Part shown: positions 43,511-55,730 of the stretch, piece after piece
Position numbering within the stretch: position 1 is the stretch's first letter
Layout of the letters: each line of letters begins with the position of its first letter
Origin: Felis catus
Taxonomy: Eukaryota
Length of the DNA stretch: 64,000 nucleotides
Direction of reading: 5' to 3'
Assembly (NCBI RefSeq): GCF_018350175.1
Contig: NC_058369.1
Coordinates: forward strand, 18,478,001 to 18,542,000
Notes under the pieces: generated by a model
What the model saw: the letters and a program-made list of their open reading frames with translations, nothing else
Told to the model about the DNA's origin: nothing
Database searches by the model: none
Position numbers and translations under genes: made by a program

Positions 43511-46500
43511 TGCTATTAAATATCTTGCGAAATAGTCACTCAGACCTATTAAGGGGAAAGAATAAGATGCATAACAATGTGATGTGCAAATGCATGTTTC
43601 TAAAAAAAGAAAAATATGTAATATATACATATAGACACAGTATCTCTAGAAGGATATATAGAAAACAGTTATATGGTCTTCTCTAAAGAAGGACCTTGGA
43701 GGCTGAGATGGGAGAAAGGCTTTTACTCGTCATGCCTACCTACCCCCTTCTACAGTGTTTCATACACATGCTTCATCAACCCCCTTGCTCTAATATTTTT
43801 AAATTTTTTGAAAGTAATCTCTACACCCAACATGGGGCTCAAACTCACAACCCTGAGATCAAGAGTGAAATGCTTTCACAACTGAGCCAGATAGGAGCCC
43901 AAATAAAATATTTTTAAAGCCCAAAGGAAGTAATACAATGAGAGGAGGATTATGCTCTGGAATAGGAAGACGATGCATTTTTTTAAGTAAACTCTACCCT
44001 CAATGTGGGTCTTGAACTCATGACCCCAAGATCAAGAGTCACATACTCTTCCAAATGAAGCAGCCAGGCACCCTCATTTTTTAGTATAAACTTTTTTGTA
44101 TGATTTTATTTTTACCTGGTGCATTTTTCCCTCTCTTCTTATTGAAGTAAAATACACATAACATAGGGGTGCCTAGGTGGTTCAGTTAAGCATGTGACTT
44201 TGGCTCAGGTCATGATCTCACTGTCCATGAGTTCGAGCCCAGCGTCAGGCTCTGGGCTGACAGCTTAGAGCCTGGAGCCTGCTTCATATTGTGTCTCCCT
44301 CTCTCTCTGCCCCTCCCCTGCTAGTACTCTTGTCTCTCTCTCTCTCTCTCTCTCTCTCAAAAATAAACAAACATTAAAAAAAAATTTGTTTTAAATACAC
44401 ATAACATAAAACTTACCATCTTAACTGACTGAGCCACCCAGGTACCCCCCATCTACTTAAAAATGTATACATTTTTAAGTATACATTTCAGTGGTATTAA
44501 ATATATTCATGTTGTCATGCAACCATCACCACCATCTATCCCTATTAAAAAAATTTATTTAAAAAAATACTAATTAAAAAAGGCAAACTTGGGGCGTCTG
44601 GGTGGCGCAGTCGGTTAAGCGTCCGACTTCAGCCAGGTCACGATCTCGCGGTCTGTGAGTTTGAGCCCTGTGTCAGGCTCTGGGCTGATGGCTCAGAGCC
44701 TGGAGCCTGTTTCCGATTCTGTGTCTCCCTCTGTCTCTCTGCCCCTCCCCTGTTCATGCTCTGTCTCTCTCTGTCCCAAAAATAAATAAATGTTGAAAAA
44801 AAGAAATTAAAAAAAAAAGGCAAACTTAGGGGGTGGGGCGCCTGGGTGGCTCAGTCAGTTAAGCACTCAACTTCGGCTCAGGTCATGATCTTGTATTTCG
44901 TGAGTTCGAGCCCTACATTGGCCTCTGTGCCGACAGCTCAGAGCCTGGAGCCTGCTTCAGATTCTGTGTCTCCCTCTCCCTCTGCCTCTGCCCCTCCCCC
45001 GCTTATTCTCTCTCCGTCCCTCTCTCTCTCTCAAAAATAAATAAAAGCATTAAAAAAAAATTTTAGGGGCGCCTCGGTGGCTCAGTCGGTTGGGTGGCCG
45101 ACTTCGGCTCGGGTCATGATCTCTCGGTCCCTGAGTTCGAGCCCCGCGTCGGGCTCTGTGCTGACAGCTCAGAGCCTGGAGCCTGTTTCAGATTCTGTGT
45201 CTCCCTCTCTCTGACCCTCCCCTGTTCATGCTCTGTCTCTCCCTGTCTCAAAAATAAATAAAACGTTAAAAAAAAAATTAAAAAAAAAAAATTTTAAAGA
45301 AAACTTAAGGGGCACCTGGATGGCTCAGTAGGTTGAGTGCCTGACTCTTGATTTTGGCACAGGTAATGATCCCAGAGTCATGGGATCAAGCCCCATATTG
45401 GGCTCTGCACTGAACATTGAACATGCTTAAGATTCCCTCTCTCTCTCTCCCTCCCTCTCTCTCTCTCTCTCTGCCCCTCTCCCCGACCTACCCTCTCTCT
45501 TAAAAAAAAGGAGGGGGGGGGGCGCCTGGGTGGCTCTGTGGGTTAAGTTTCCAACACTTGATATGGGCTCAGGCCATGATCTCACAGTCATGAGACAGTC
45601 CTGCATGGGGCTCCACACTAAGCACCAACCCCACTTAGTACTCTCATCCCTCAGCCCCCCTCCCCCATTCTCTCTCTCAAAATAAAATAAACTTAAAAAA
45701 AAAAAACAAAAGGAATCTATCAGACTTAGAACAAGTATTTCTACTAAGGGAGAAAACTAGCATGCATTGAGCATCATGCTCTTCATATATTATTTCATCT
45801 AAAATTCCTATAAAATAGGGGCGCCTGGGTGGCTCAGTCGGTTAAGCGGCCGACTTCGGCTCAGGTCATGATCTTGCAGTCCGTGAGTTCGAGCCCCGCG
45901 TTGGGCTCTGTGCTGACAGCTCGGAGCCTGGAGCCTGCTTCCGATTCTGTGTCTCCTTCTCTCTGACCCTCCCCTGTTCATGCTCTGTCTCTCTCTGTCT
46001 CAAAAATAAATAAACGTTAAAAAAAATAAAATAAAATAAAATAAAATAGAAATAAAAATAAAAATAAAATAAAATAAAATTCCTATAAAATAAATGTAAT
46101 CTTCATTTCACAGATACAGGTCCTGAGGCTCAAAGGAATAACCTGGTTAAAGGTATATACATACAGAGTTCTTCTATAGCAAAACTTCTTTGTCATTATA
46201 GGGTCATCAGCATTTTTGGTGAAGAAACTGGTAAGCATAGCTTCACTTTTGTTTTAAAAAAAATTTTTTAGGGGTGCCTGGGTGGCTCAGTCAGTTGGGC
46301 ATCCAACTTCAGCTCGGGTCATGATCTCATAGCTTGTAAGTTCAAGCCCCACATCGGGCGGGCTCTGTGCTGACAGCTCAGAGCCTGGAGCCTGCTTCAG
46401 ATCCTGTGTTTCCCTCTCTCTCTGTCCCTCCCCCACTCTCACTCTTTGTCTCTCAAAAGTGAATAAACATTAAAAAATTTAAAAAAAAAATTTTTTTTAA

Positions 46501-48366
46501 TGTTTATTTTTGAGAGAGATAGAATATGAGCAAGGAAAGGGCAGAAAGAGAGGGAGACACAGAATCTGAAGTAGCTTGACGTGGGGCTCGAACCCACCAA
46601 CTGTGAGATCATGACCCAAGCTGAGGCATGAAGCTGGATGCTTAACCGACTGAGCCACCCAGGCACCTCTGTTTTTAAATACAATGTAGAAATACATAAT
46701 TGAGAAAACAACTTTGAAACAGTCTCCCCTCTTACAAGGGAGGCCATCAATCAAACCACCCTAATGCATTACTCAATTTACTAAAAGGAAAAATACTTTT
46801 AAACATTTTTTAAAATATTTATTTTGAAAGAGAGAAGAAGACAATGCAGCAGCAGCAGCAATAGCAGCAGCAGCAGCAGAAGGGAGAATGAGCAGGGGAG
46901 AGGCACAGAGAGAGGGAGACAGAGAATCCCAAGCAGGCTCTACACTGTCAGCACAGAGCCCAATGTGGGGCTTGATCTCACAAACTGCGAGATCATGACC
47001 TGAGCTGAAATCTTGAGGTGGACACTCAACTGTCTGAGCCACCCAAACACCCCTTAAAGGAGAAATTTCAAGCCTTGTGGACAACACAGTATATATGCAG
47101 TGGTGCTAGGCTAGTTGTCTTCTTATGCCCAGCAGTTGCACTGAGCTAATCTTACCATAGATCAGGGATTCAGGAAGCCATATCTTCCAATTTATCAGCA
47201 AAGCCTATGATCACTCATTTACAACATACTGTGAATCCCTCTACTACCGTTGTCATTCTTGTTCAAGCCCCAATCATCTGTCACTGAATTTAAGCAGCCT
47301 CCAACAGATCTCCCTACCTCCATTTTTGCCACCCTGTAGTCTATTCTCCATACGTGAGCTAGAAATCTAAATAAATCAGATAACATTACTCCTGTTATAC
47401 GAACCCTTTAATAGCTTTCCAATGCATTCTGAATAAACTCTAAATTCCCAGTTCCTAAAAGATCTGGCCCTTGCCTACCTATAAGACTATTTCTTCCACT
47501 TTTCCACTTGCTCTTTAGGCTCCAGCCATTCAATTTTTTTTTCTTTTGCTGTTCCCTAAAAAAGACAAGTCCATTCCTTACCTATCATCAGTCTCTCCTA
47601 CTAGAACAATAACTCCATAAGCAGGACTATTCATATTTTTGTGACTATTTACACCTGAAATGCTTTCTACTTTGTAACACTGAGAAAAGTGGATGGTATG
47701 ATTCAAAATTAACACTTTTCAGTTCCAAATCAAACGTGCTCGTATTTTTAGGAATAAAGACACTGTAAAACAAACAAAAACTGTTTGAGGGCAGGGACTT
47801 TTTTTTTTTTAAATGTGAGAGTTAATTTATTTAAGTAACTTCTAAGCCTAAAGAGGGTTTGAACTCATTATCCCAAGTTCAAGAGTTGTATGCTCTACGG
47901 GTGCCTGGGTGGCCCAGTTGGTTAGGTGTCTGCCTCTTAATTTTGGCTCAGGTCATGATCTCGTGGTTCATGAGATCAAGTCCCATGTCAAGTTTTGCAT
48001 GGAGGCTGCTTGGGATTCTCTCTCTGCCCCTCCCCTGTGCGCATGCATGTGCTCACTCTCTCAAAATAAACTTAAAAAAAAAAAAAAAAAAAAAAAAAGA
48101 GTTGTATGCTCTACCAACTGAGCCATCCAGGTGCCCTGAGGACAGGGACCTTCTTTGTTTTCTTCAGATGTGTTCCAGAACAGCATCTGACATGTAGTAG
48201 CTATTCAATAATTATTTGTTCAATGAATGAATGACAAAACCACAAGCTAGCTTATTCATTCTTCTTAGCATGCCAAGGAGGAGTTCAAAGCCAACCAAAA
48301 CCACTATCACTGTATGCCTTCACTGCCAGGTACCCCATTTCACCAAATAAGAATATTCACCTCCAT

Positions 48367-48862
48367 GGATAAAAGAGATATGTGTGTGTGTACACACACA
48401 TGCACACACACATACACAATGGAATATTACTCAGCCATCAGAAAGAATGAAATCTTGCCACTTGCAATGACATGGATAAAGCTAGAATGTATTACACTAA
48501 GCGAAATAAGTCAATCAGAGAAAGACAAATACCATATTATTTCACTTATGTGGAATTTAAGAAACAATACAGATGAACATATGGGGATGGGGGAGGGTGG
48601 AGAGAAGAGAGAGAAACAAACCACAAGAGATTCTTAATGACAGAGAACTATGGGTTGATGGAAGCAGGGGGGTGGGAGATGGGTTAAATAGGTGATGGCT
48701 GATATGATACCAAGGAGGACACTTATGATGAGCAGTGAGTATTATATGTATTGTGTGTAAGTGATGAATCACAGAATTCTACTCCTGGAACCAATACTGC
48801 ACTGTATATTAACTAAAATATAAATTAAAAAAATAAAACAAACAAGTTGGAAAAAAATAAAC
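48367..48862 (+). mobile_element. Short 3' end of carnivore LINE-1
   Basis: caatggaatattactcagccatcagaaagaatgaaatcttgcca...aataagtcaatcagagaaagacaaatacc, with an A-rich tail and a degenerate TSD aatattcacctccat / aatattcatccccat (48352, 48863). Confidence 0.8.
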
Positions 48863-49675
48863 AATATTCATCCCCATCACAGCTCACTTCTCCATATACA
48901 GAGTTCCCTCAGACCCAAAGAGAACAGAAAAAGGCGATCAAAACAGTACCGACTAGGATATATACCATGGTATCAATCAAATTAAGATTATTTCTAACAA
49001 TTTCCTTTATTTGTAATTAGTTTAAATATCTAAAGAACCCCTGGACGGATCTTATACCAGCTGTTAACGTTGTTCCCACCTAAGCCAGTATCACTCTGAC
49101 CCCTCTGGTAAGAGGGAAGATTGTCCTCTGATCTTCATTCTCTACCTGACTCATTTGCCACTGATAATTAGATAGATATACCCACAACATAAGCTGTGGA
49201 TAAATGTATAACTAAACTACTGAAAAAAACAAAAACTTGGGGCGCCTGGGTGGCTCAGTCGGGTAAGCATCCGACTTCGGCTCAGGTCATGATCTCACAG
49301 TTAGTGGGTTTGAGCCCCACGCCAGGCTCTGTGCTGACAGCTCACAGCCTGGACCCTGCTTCGGATTCTGTGTCTCCCTCTCTCTCTGCTCCTCCCCCAC
49401 TCATGCTCTGTCTCTCTCTCTCAAAAATAAACAAACATTAAAAAAAATTAAAAATGAAAACTTAAAGATGAAAACTAGGAGCGCCTGGTTGGCTCAGTTA
49501 AGCACCCGATTCTTAATTTCAGCTCAGGTCATCATCTCACAGTTCGTGAGATCGAGCCCCAAATCGGGCTCTGTGCTGACAGCATGGAGCCTTCTTGGGA
49601 TTCCCTCTCTCCCTTTCTCTCTCTGCCCACCATCCCCCCTGCAAGAGTGACCATCTGTGCACATGTGCGCGCGCG

Positions 49676-49715
<40 letters not shown>

Positions 49716-52700
49716 ATAAACTTTAAAGATGAAAAACAGAAGGAATAAGATGGGAATGGTCCAGATGTAAAAGAGGTATGTGTACAACACAGTGAGTTTC
49801 ATCTCCTTTAAGAGAGAGATTAGGAAATCTATCTTCATCTAAAAAAGAAATACCACTTAAAAGTAAAAAAGTTAGAGGAGTACCTTATGGAGAGGTGGGA
49901 GAATAAGACTAGAGAGAAAAGGTATGGAGTAAGATAAAGAACTCAAGATTGGTGAAGAGAATCATTAACAGTAATGCACTGACATTTCTCCAGAATTTAC
50001 TTTAATATATAATAATCTCTCTTTCATGGGAAAAGAGAAATAAAAGAAGAGGTTTCTATGTACATACCTTACAAATGTGCTGCAAGACCCACGGCCTGTG
50101 TGCCAGAAGTTTTACAAGTGCCTTGAACTTCTCAGATGAAAGGCACTATAAAAATATAAAAATATCAGGAATTATGTCTATTCACTTTACAATGAAAAAA
50201 ATCAAAACACAGGATGTAAACAGGCTTGCCCAAAGTTCCCTGTAATTTAGAATTCAGGAGAGGGGAAGAAGTATAGAATTTAATCTTTGATTGGTATATC
50301 ATCAAATATATCACATTTATACAAGTTTTAGCCTCCTTTACTTAAAAGGTACACAACCTTATCTTACAAATACTGCCCTTTTAAAAGCAAAAAGCAAAAG
50401 AATCCTACATAAATTAATTTTCCAACATTTTATTATAAAAATTTTCAAACCAGAGTGAAGTTGAATCTTACAATGAACACCTGTAACCCTACCACCTACA
50501 CTACCACAAACATTTATTTAAATAACTTGTTTTATCTACTTACATATTCTTAATACAGGTATTAGAGAAATTACAGGCTGAAAGGCAACTGTCAGAAAAA
50601 TCAATGGTTTCAAAAAAAAAAAAACAGGATGAAGTCATTAGGTCAAAGAAGGTAATTATTCAGAAATCCTGATATTTTTGTCAGAGATGATCAATATTAC
50701 TTTACTATTTAAAGTCAGAAAAGAGGGACACCTGGCTGGCTCAGTTGGAAGAATATATGACTCTTGATCTCAGGTTGAGTTTGAGCCCCACACTGGGTGT
50801 AGAGATTAAACTTTTTTAAAAAAAATTTTTTAATGTTTATTCATTTTTGAGAGATGGAGACAGAGCATGAGTGGAGGAAGGGCAGAGAGAGGGAGACACA
50901 GAATCTGAAGCAGGTTCCAGGCTCTAAGCTGTCAGCACAGAACCCGATGCGGGGCTCGAACTCACAGACCACAAGATCATGACCTGAGTGAGCTGCAGTT
51001 GGACATTTAACCAACTGAGCCACCCAGGCGCCCCTAAACATTTTTTAATTCTTTTTCTTTCTTTCTTTTTTTATTTTTACTGTTATTCATTATTGAGAGA
51101 CAGAGAAAGAGCACAAGTTGGGGAGGGGCAGAGAGAGAAGGAGACAGAATCTAAAACAGGCTCCAGGATCTGAGCTGTCAGCGCAGAGCACAACGCAGGG
51201 CTCGAACCCCCAAACCGTGAGGTCATGACCTGAGCCAACTGAGGCACCCAGGCGCCCCTAAACGTTTTTTAATGTCTATTTATTTAGTTTCGAGTGAGAG
51301 AAAAAGACGGAGATAGAGCGTGCGACAAGTTGGGGAGGGGCAGAGAGAGAAAGAGGGAGACACAGGATCTGAAGCAAGCTCCAGGCTCCAGCTGTCAGCA
51401 CAGAGCCCAACACAGGACTCGAACCCATGAACTGCGAGATCATGACCTAAGCCAAAGTCAGAAGCTTAACTGACTGAGCCACCCAGACGCCCCTTAAACT
51501 TTTAAAACATAAAGTCAGAATGGACTCCGATCTACCCCTATTCTTAGTGAGGGATTCTAGTTATTTAATATCAAATCATATCATTCCCCTGCTAAAAAAC
51601 ATCTAATGATTTCTCATCTCAGGACAAACCCAAAGAACTTCCTATATCCTAAAAGCCTCAACATGATCTGGTCTCTGGTCACCTCTCTTTCATTTTACCT
51701 TCCTCTTCTCCCTTTACACCACTCCAAACATTTCAGTTGCTTATGTTCTTCTTTCTACCTTCACTTGAATAGTAAGATACTATTATAAACATGCCTAATT
51801 AAACGTATTTACTTTATCCACCCTCTTCACAAAAAAAAAAAAAAAAAAAAAAATCAAGCTCAGTTCGAGACAAACTGCAAACTGGCTAAGATGTAACAGT
51901 GTATCTCATATTCTGACCATTGTTAACTATAAAATGTTATTCAGAATCATCTGGAAGAACCACCAATAAATTCAGACCAACACCCAGAATGAGCAGCTTC
52001 AATGCCTACCTGATTTTTAGTCACATGACTACCATAATTATGAGTATACAAAGTCTTCACTTAACACTGCAGTACCACAGACTATAAATGAGTCATTTGA
52101 AATAGAAACACTTGAAATAGGAATTTTACATTAATTACGAACTTTAAACTATCTTGGAAATTTTAATTTAGTAATCTCACAAGTACTTAACAGTGAGCAT
52201 ATACCCAAAGATCAAGAGTGTAGTTAAGACACATTAACACAATTTTACAATTTAGTTACGTTAATGTGTAGGTGCAGGCAAACTAAGTTCCACTGGCCAG
52301 GGGCATAAAGGGATAAAGTGGTACAGGAAGGTTAAGTAACTTTTAGTTACCTTTTACTACTACAAACATATGTGATTAAAATCCAGTGAGTATGTACCAT
52401 TTAGCGTTATCACTAGTAGCCATAATGCAATAAAACCCAAAGTCCTGTCTATAGAAGCTCAGCATGCCCAGATTAGCTCTCTCAGAAGTTGAAATATCAG
52501 TCTTTCTTCTGAGTTAACATAAATCTCAGCTCTAGGACAACTAAGAAAACCCTAAGTAGCAACTTCTCTGGTCACTGCTTCAACTCCACTAACTCCTTGA
52601 GGAAACACCTCAAGATCTACCTGTTTTCACTCTAATATGAATGAAGACTATGAGAATACTCCAGCAAAACCACTACCACACACATAATACACAGGGAACT

Positions 52701-54499
52701 ATTTACTTGATATGTGCAGTTTCTCTCCATCCCACCTCAAATCAATAGTCAAAACAGCCCTCAGTCACATGACAACATCTTAGCCTGACCTAATTATGTG
52801 GGATTTGGAACAGAGGAGTCTGGGCCTCCCTGTGGAAGAAGCTTGTCCCTAAGAAGACCCAAACACCGAAAGCCAAAACTAGGCCAAGCGGGGACCCTGT
52901 ATATTCATTTATCTATTTCAATCAACTGCTGCAGGACCACCCAGTTGCAGGGAGGAGAGTGTTGTTTAAGGCTAAATAACTGAAATTTGTTTAGAAAATG
53001 AATTTTTCGGGGTGCCAGGGTGGCTCAGTCGGTTGAGCGTCCAACTTCAGCTCAGGTAATGATCTGGCAGTTTGTGAGTTCGAGCCCCGCATGGGGCTCT
53101 GTGCTAACAGCTCAGAGCCTGGAGCCTGCTTCTTGTTCAGTGTCTCCCTCTCTTTGCCCCTCCCCCTCTCAGGCTGTGTCTCTCCTCTCTCTCTCTCTCT
53201 CTCAAAAATAAACATTAAAAAAAAAAAAATTTAATGAATTTTTCAGATTCTCACAACATATCAGTAATACATAAATGGAGAAAGCACTGGAAACAAGTTG
53301 TTAAATCCTGAATTTTTACTTAACTCTAAGCAAGCTGTTTAGGAGTACAAGGAAAATACCACACAGACAAAATAGTTTGGGCCTGTACGTGACTAGACAT
53401 ATAACATTGGTATATTTACAAAAGTCTCTGGAACTCAGTTTCCTCATCTGCAAATGGGGTTGGACTACAGAAGTCCTGAAGATTCCTTTCGGGTCTAAAA
53501 TTCTGGATCTATGAAAAAGTCAGTGGGTCCCTATTTTCTTCTCTCTAGTACAGACTTTTATGAGAACAGAGGTGATAACTCTAGGACTAGACTGACTTAA
53601 AGCAAGTTGTCTTCTATTTTGTCACGTCCCCATGGGCCACCAGTGCTCTACAAAAGTAGATGGTACTATTCTTAAGATAATTTATCAAAAGAGATCCTTT
53701 AGTAAGTTATCCTTCGCAATTAGGAATTAGTCTTGTACCTTCAGTCCAAACAATGTCACTCGTGCCCAAAGCTCAAACCGGTATGTTCAAAGCGACAATC
53801 ATGCAATAGTACACACACCTTACACATTTGGGTGTTTGACACTGAATGGTTGAAAAATTCTCACCACATATAACATTTTTAAGACATTTTTTAAAGTATT
53901 TTTCCCCTTCAGATCTGGCAGGGAGGACTATAATCTGATTACACACCTGCAAGAAACATTTACTTCAAAAGACAATCTTAAACACAGAAAGAACCAAACA
54001 AGTCACTAACGCTGGTAAAAATTTTAAATCAGGACCATTAAAAAACACAAGTGGAACCAATTCTGAGGCAAAAAGGATGCCAGTTTTCCACCGCAGACTA
54101 CTAAACATGCTTTTGACCAAATCGATTTAACTGCCAACAGTGCTATTTAATAATGATGCCTCGTAACTGAGTCAATCGGTAACTAAGGATATGTTTAGGT
54201 GATTCCTAATCAAGGTAGTAACTGAGACTAAGCAAAATTGCAAATTAATACTTTATTTCGATACAACATAGTTTAAGTCATGAAAAAAATGTCTAACAGG
54301 AAAACGTCCTTTCAATACCCAAGAATCCTAACCCATAAGATTTCAACACTACCTTTTCACTTACACAATCTCCGAGAGTACTACATTTAAAAAGAAAATG
54401 TACCCAAAACATAACTGGACTTCACCCAGTATAAAACGGTGATTCATGTTTCATATTCAATGTAAAGCCAAGATGGAGTTGTAAAGAGTTTCTTTCCCA

Positions 54500-55730
54500 T
54501 TTCAACTCCGACAGCCACGCGCACTTCGCAGAGGCCGGCTGCACCGCGCGGTTGCCGGGCCCGGCTCGAAGCCCCCGCCCTGCCCGGCGCAGCCGTGAGA
54601 GAGAGGAAGCGCCGGGGACCGCGGGCGGGCGGCTGGGGCTCCACCAGGCCTGGCCGGGCGGGGGAAGGGGCGCGGGAGGCCGCGGGGCGCGCTTCCGGGG
54701 ACTGCGCGGGCGGGGCCGCTTCTTTGGGGAGCGGGGCCCCGGCCGGGAGGCAGGGGCCGGGACCCAGGGGCAGCCAGCCGAGAGCAGCAGGTGGGGCGCG
54801 GCCGCGGAGGGGCGGCGGGCGGGCTGGCGGCCGGAAGAGTGCCGGGCGGGCGGGCCCCGGGCGCCGCGGCGCCAGGAGGGTACCCTCTCGCTCACCTCAG
54901 GCGACGACTCGCAATCCGACCTCTCCACGCCAAGGACGCCTGTCCGCGAGTAGCAAGCTCGGAGACTAGGGCGGGTGGCTGAGGAGACGGAGGCAGACTA
55001 ACGAGAGAACCGACGGAGGACGGCGGGCGGCGGGCGGGGAGCTCGAGCGAGCGAGGGCGGTCGGCGGCGGGAGGGCGGGGAGCGACGTGCGCGTTCCCGT
55101 GTGCCAGCGGGCTCGAGCCAGCACCAGTCTCGGCCCCGCGCACGCGCGCGCACTCACAGCTCAGCTACGATTGCTCAGGAGCGCGTCCACGCCCTAAAGG
55201 CAAGGCGCTTAACCAATCACTGCAGCCGCGTGGGGCATCACGGGAACTCCAGGGCTATAAAAGACCTGGTTGCTATTTTATGCTTCACGACTCACTCATC
55301 CTTTAAGTAAGCAGGGTGGGGCAGGGTGCGCGTGCGCGGTTTTAATACTCCTCCCTAAACTGCCAACTCTTCGCGCAAGCGAAGTAGCCTAGGCTTGCCT
55401 AGTTTTACGCGTGCGCACTAACGGCCCTGGCCCCGGAAGACCAGACGCCTGCGCAGTCGGAACTACGGTGACAGTCCCCCGGGTGGGGTATGGGCCAGTC
55501 ATGGCGGAGCCTTGGTCTGGGCAGTCCTTGCAGGCTCTTCCGACCACGGTGTTGGGCGCGCTGGGCACCCTGGGCAGCGAGTTCCTGCGGGAGTGGGAGG
55601 CGCAGGACATGCGCGTGACCCTCTTCAAGCTGCTGCTACTCTGGTTGGTGTTAAGTCTCCTGGGCATCCAGCTGGCGTGGGGGTTCTACGGGAGCACGGT
55701 GACAGGGCTGTATCACCGCCCAGGTGAGGC
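54500..55730. promoter_or_regulatory. CpG island and bidirectional RHOA/TCTA promoter
   Basis: Abrupt switch to very GC- and CpG-rich sequence spanning both first exons. Between them: CCAAT (55213-55217), TATAAAA (~55256-55262), NRF1-like TGCGCGTGCGC (~55327-55337) and GCGTGCGCA (~55409-55417), and ETS CCGGAAG (~55433-55439). Confidence 0.9.
54896..55170 (-). other. RHOA: RHOA non-coding exon 1 (5'UTR); 5' end approximate
   Basis: GC-rich sequence ending ...GTCGCCTGAG|GTGAG (strong donor at 54895). It resembles the mammalian RHOA 5'UTR as I recall it, has no upstream ATG and lies in the CpG island. It defines intron 1 as 3525-54895. Confidence 0.85.

Noticed and set aside
54422..54982. Overlapping Arg/Pro/Gly-rich ORFs of 120-170 aa on both strands
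   Set aside because: Expected from stop-codon scarcity in a CpG island; low complexity and no recognisable domain.
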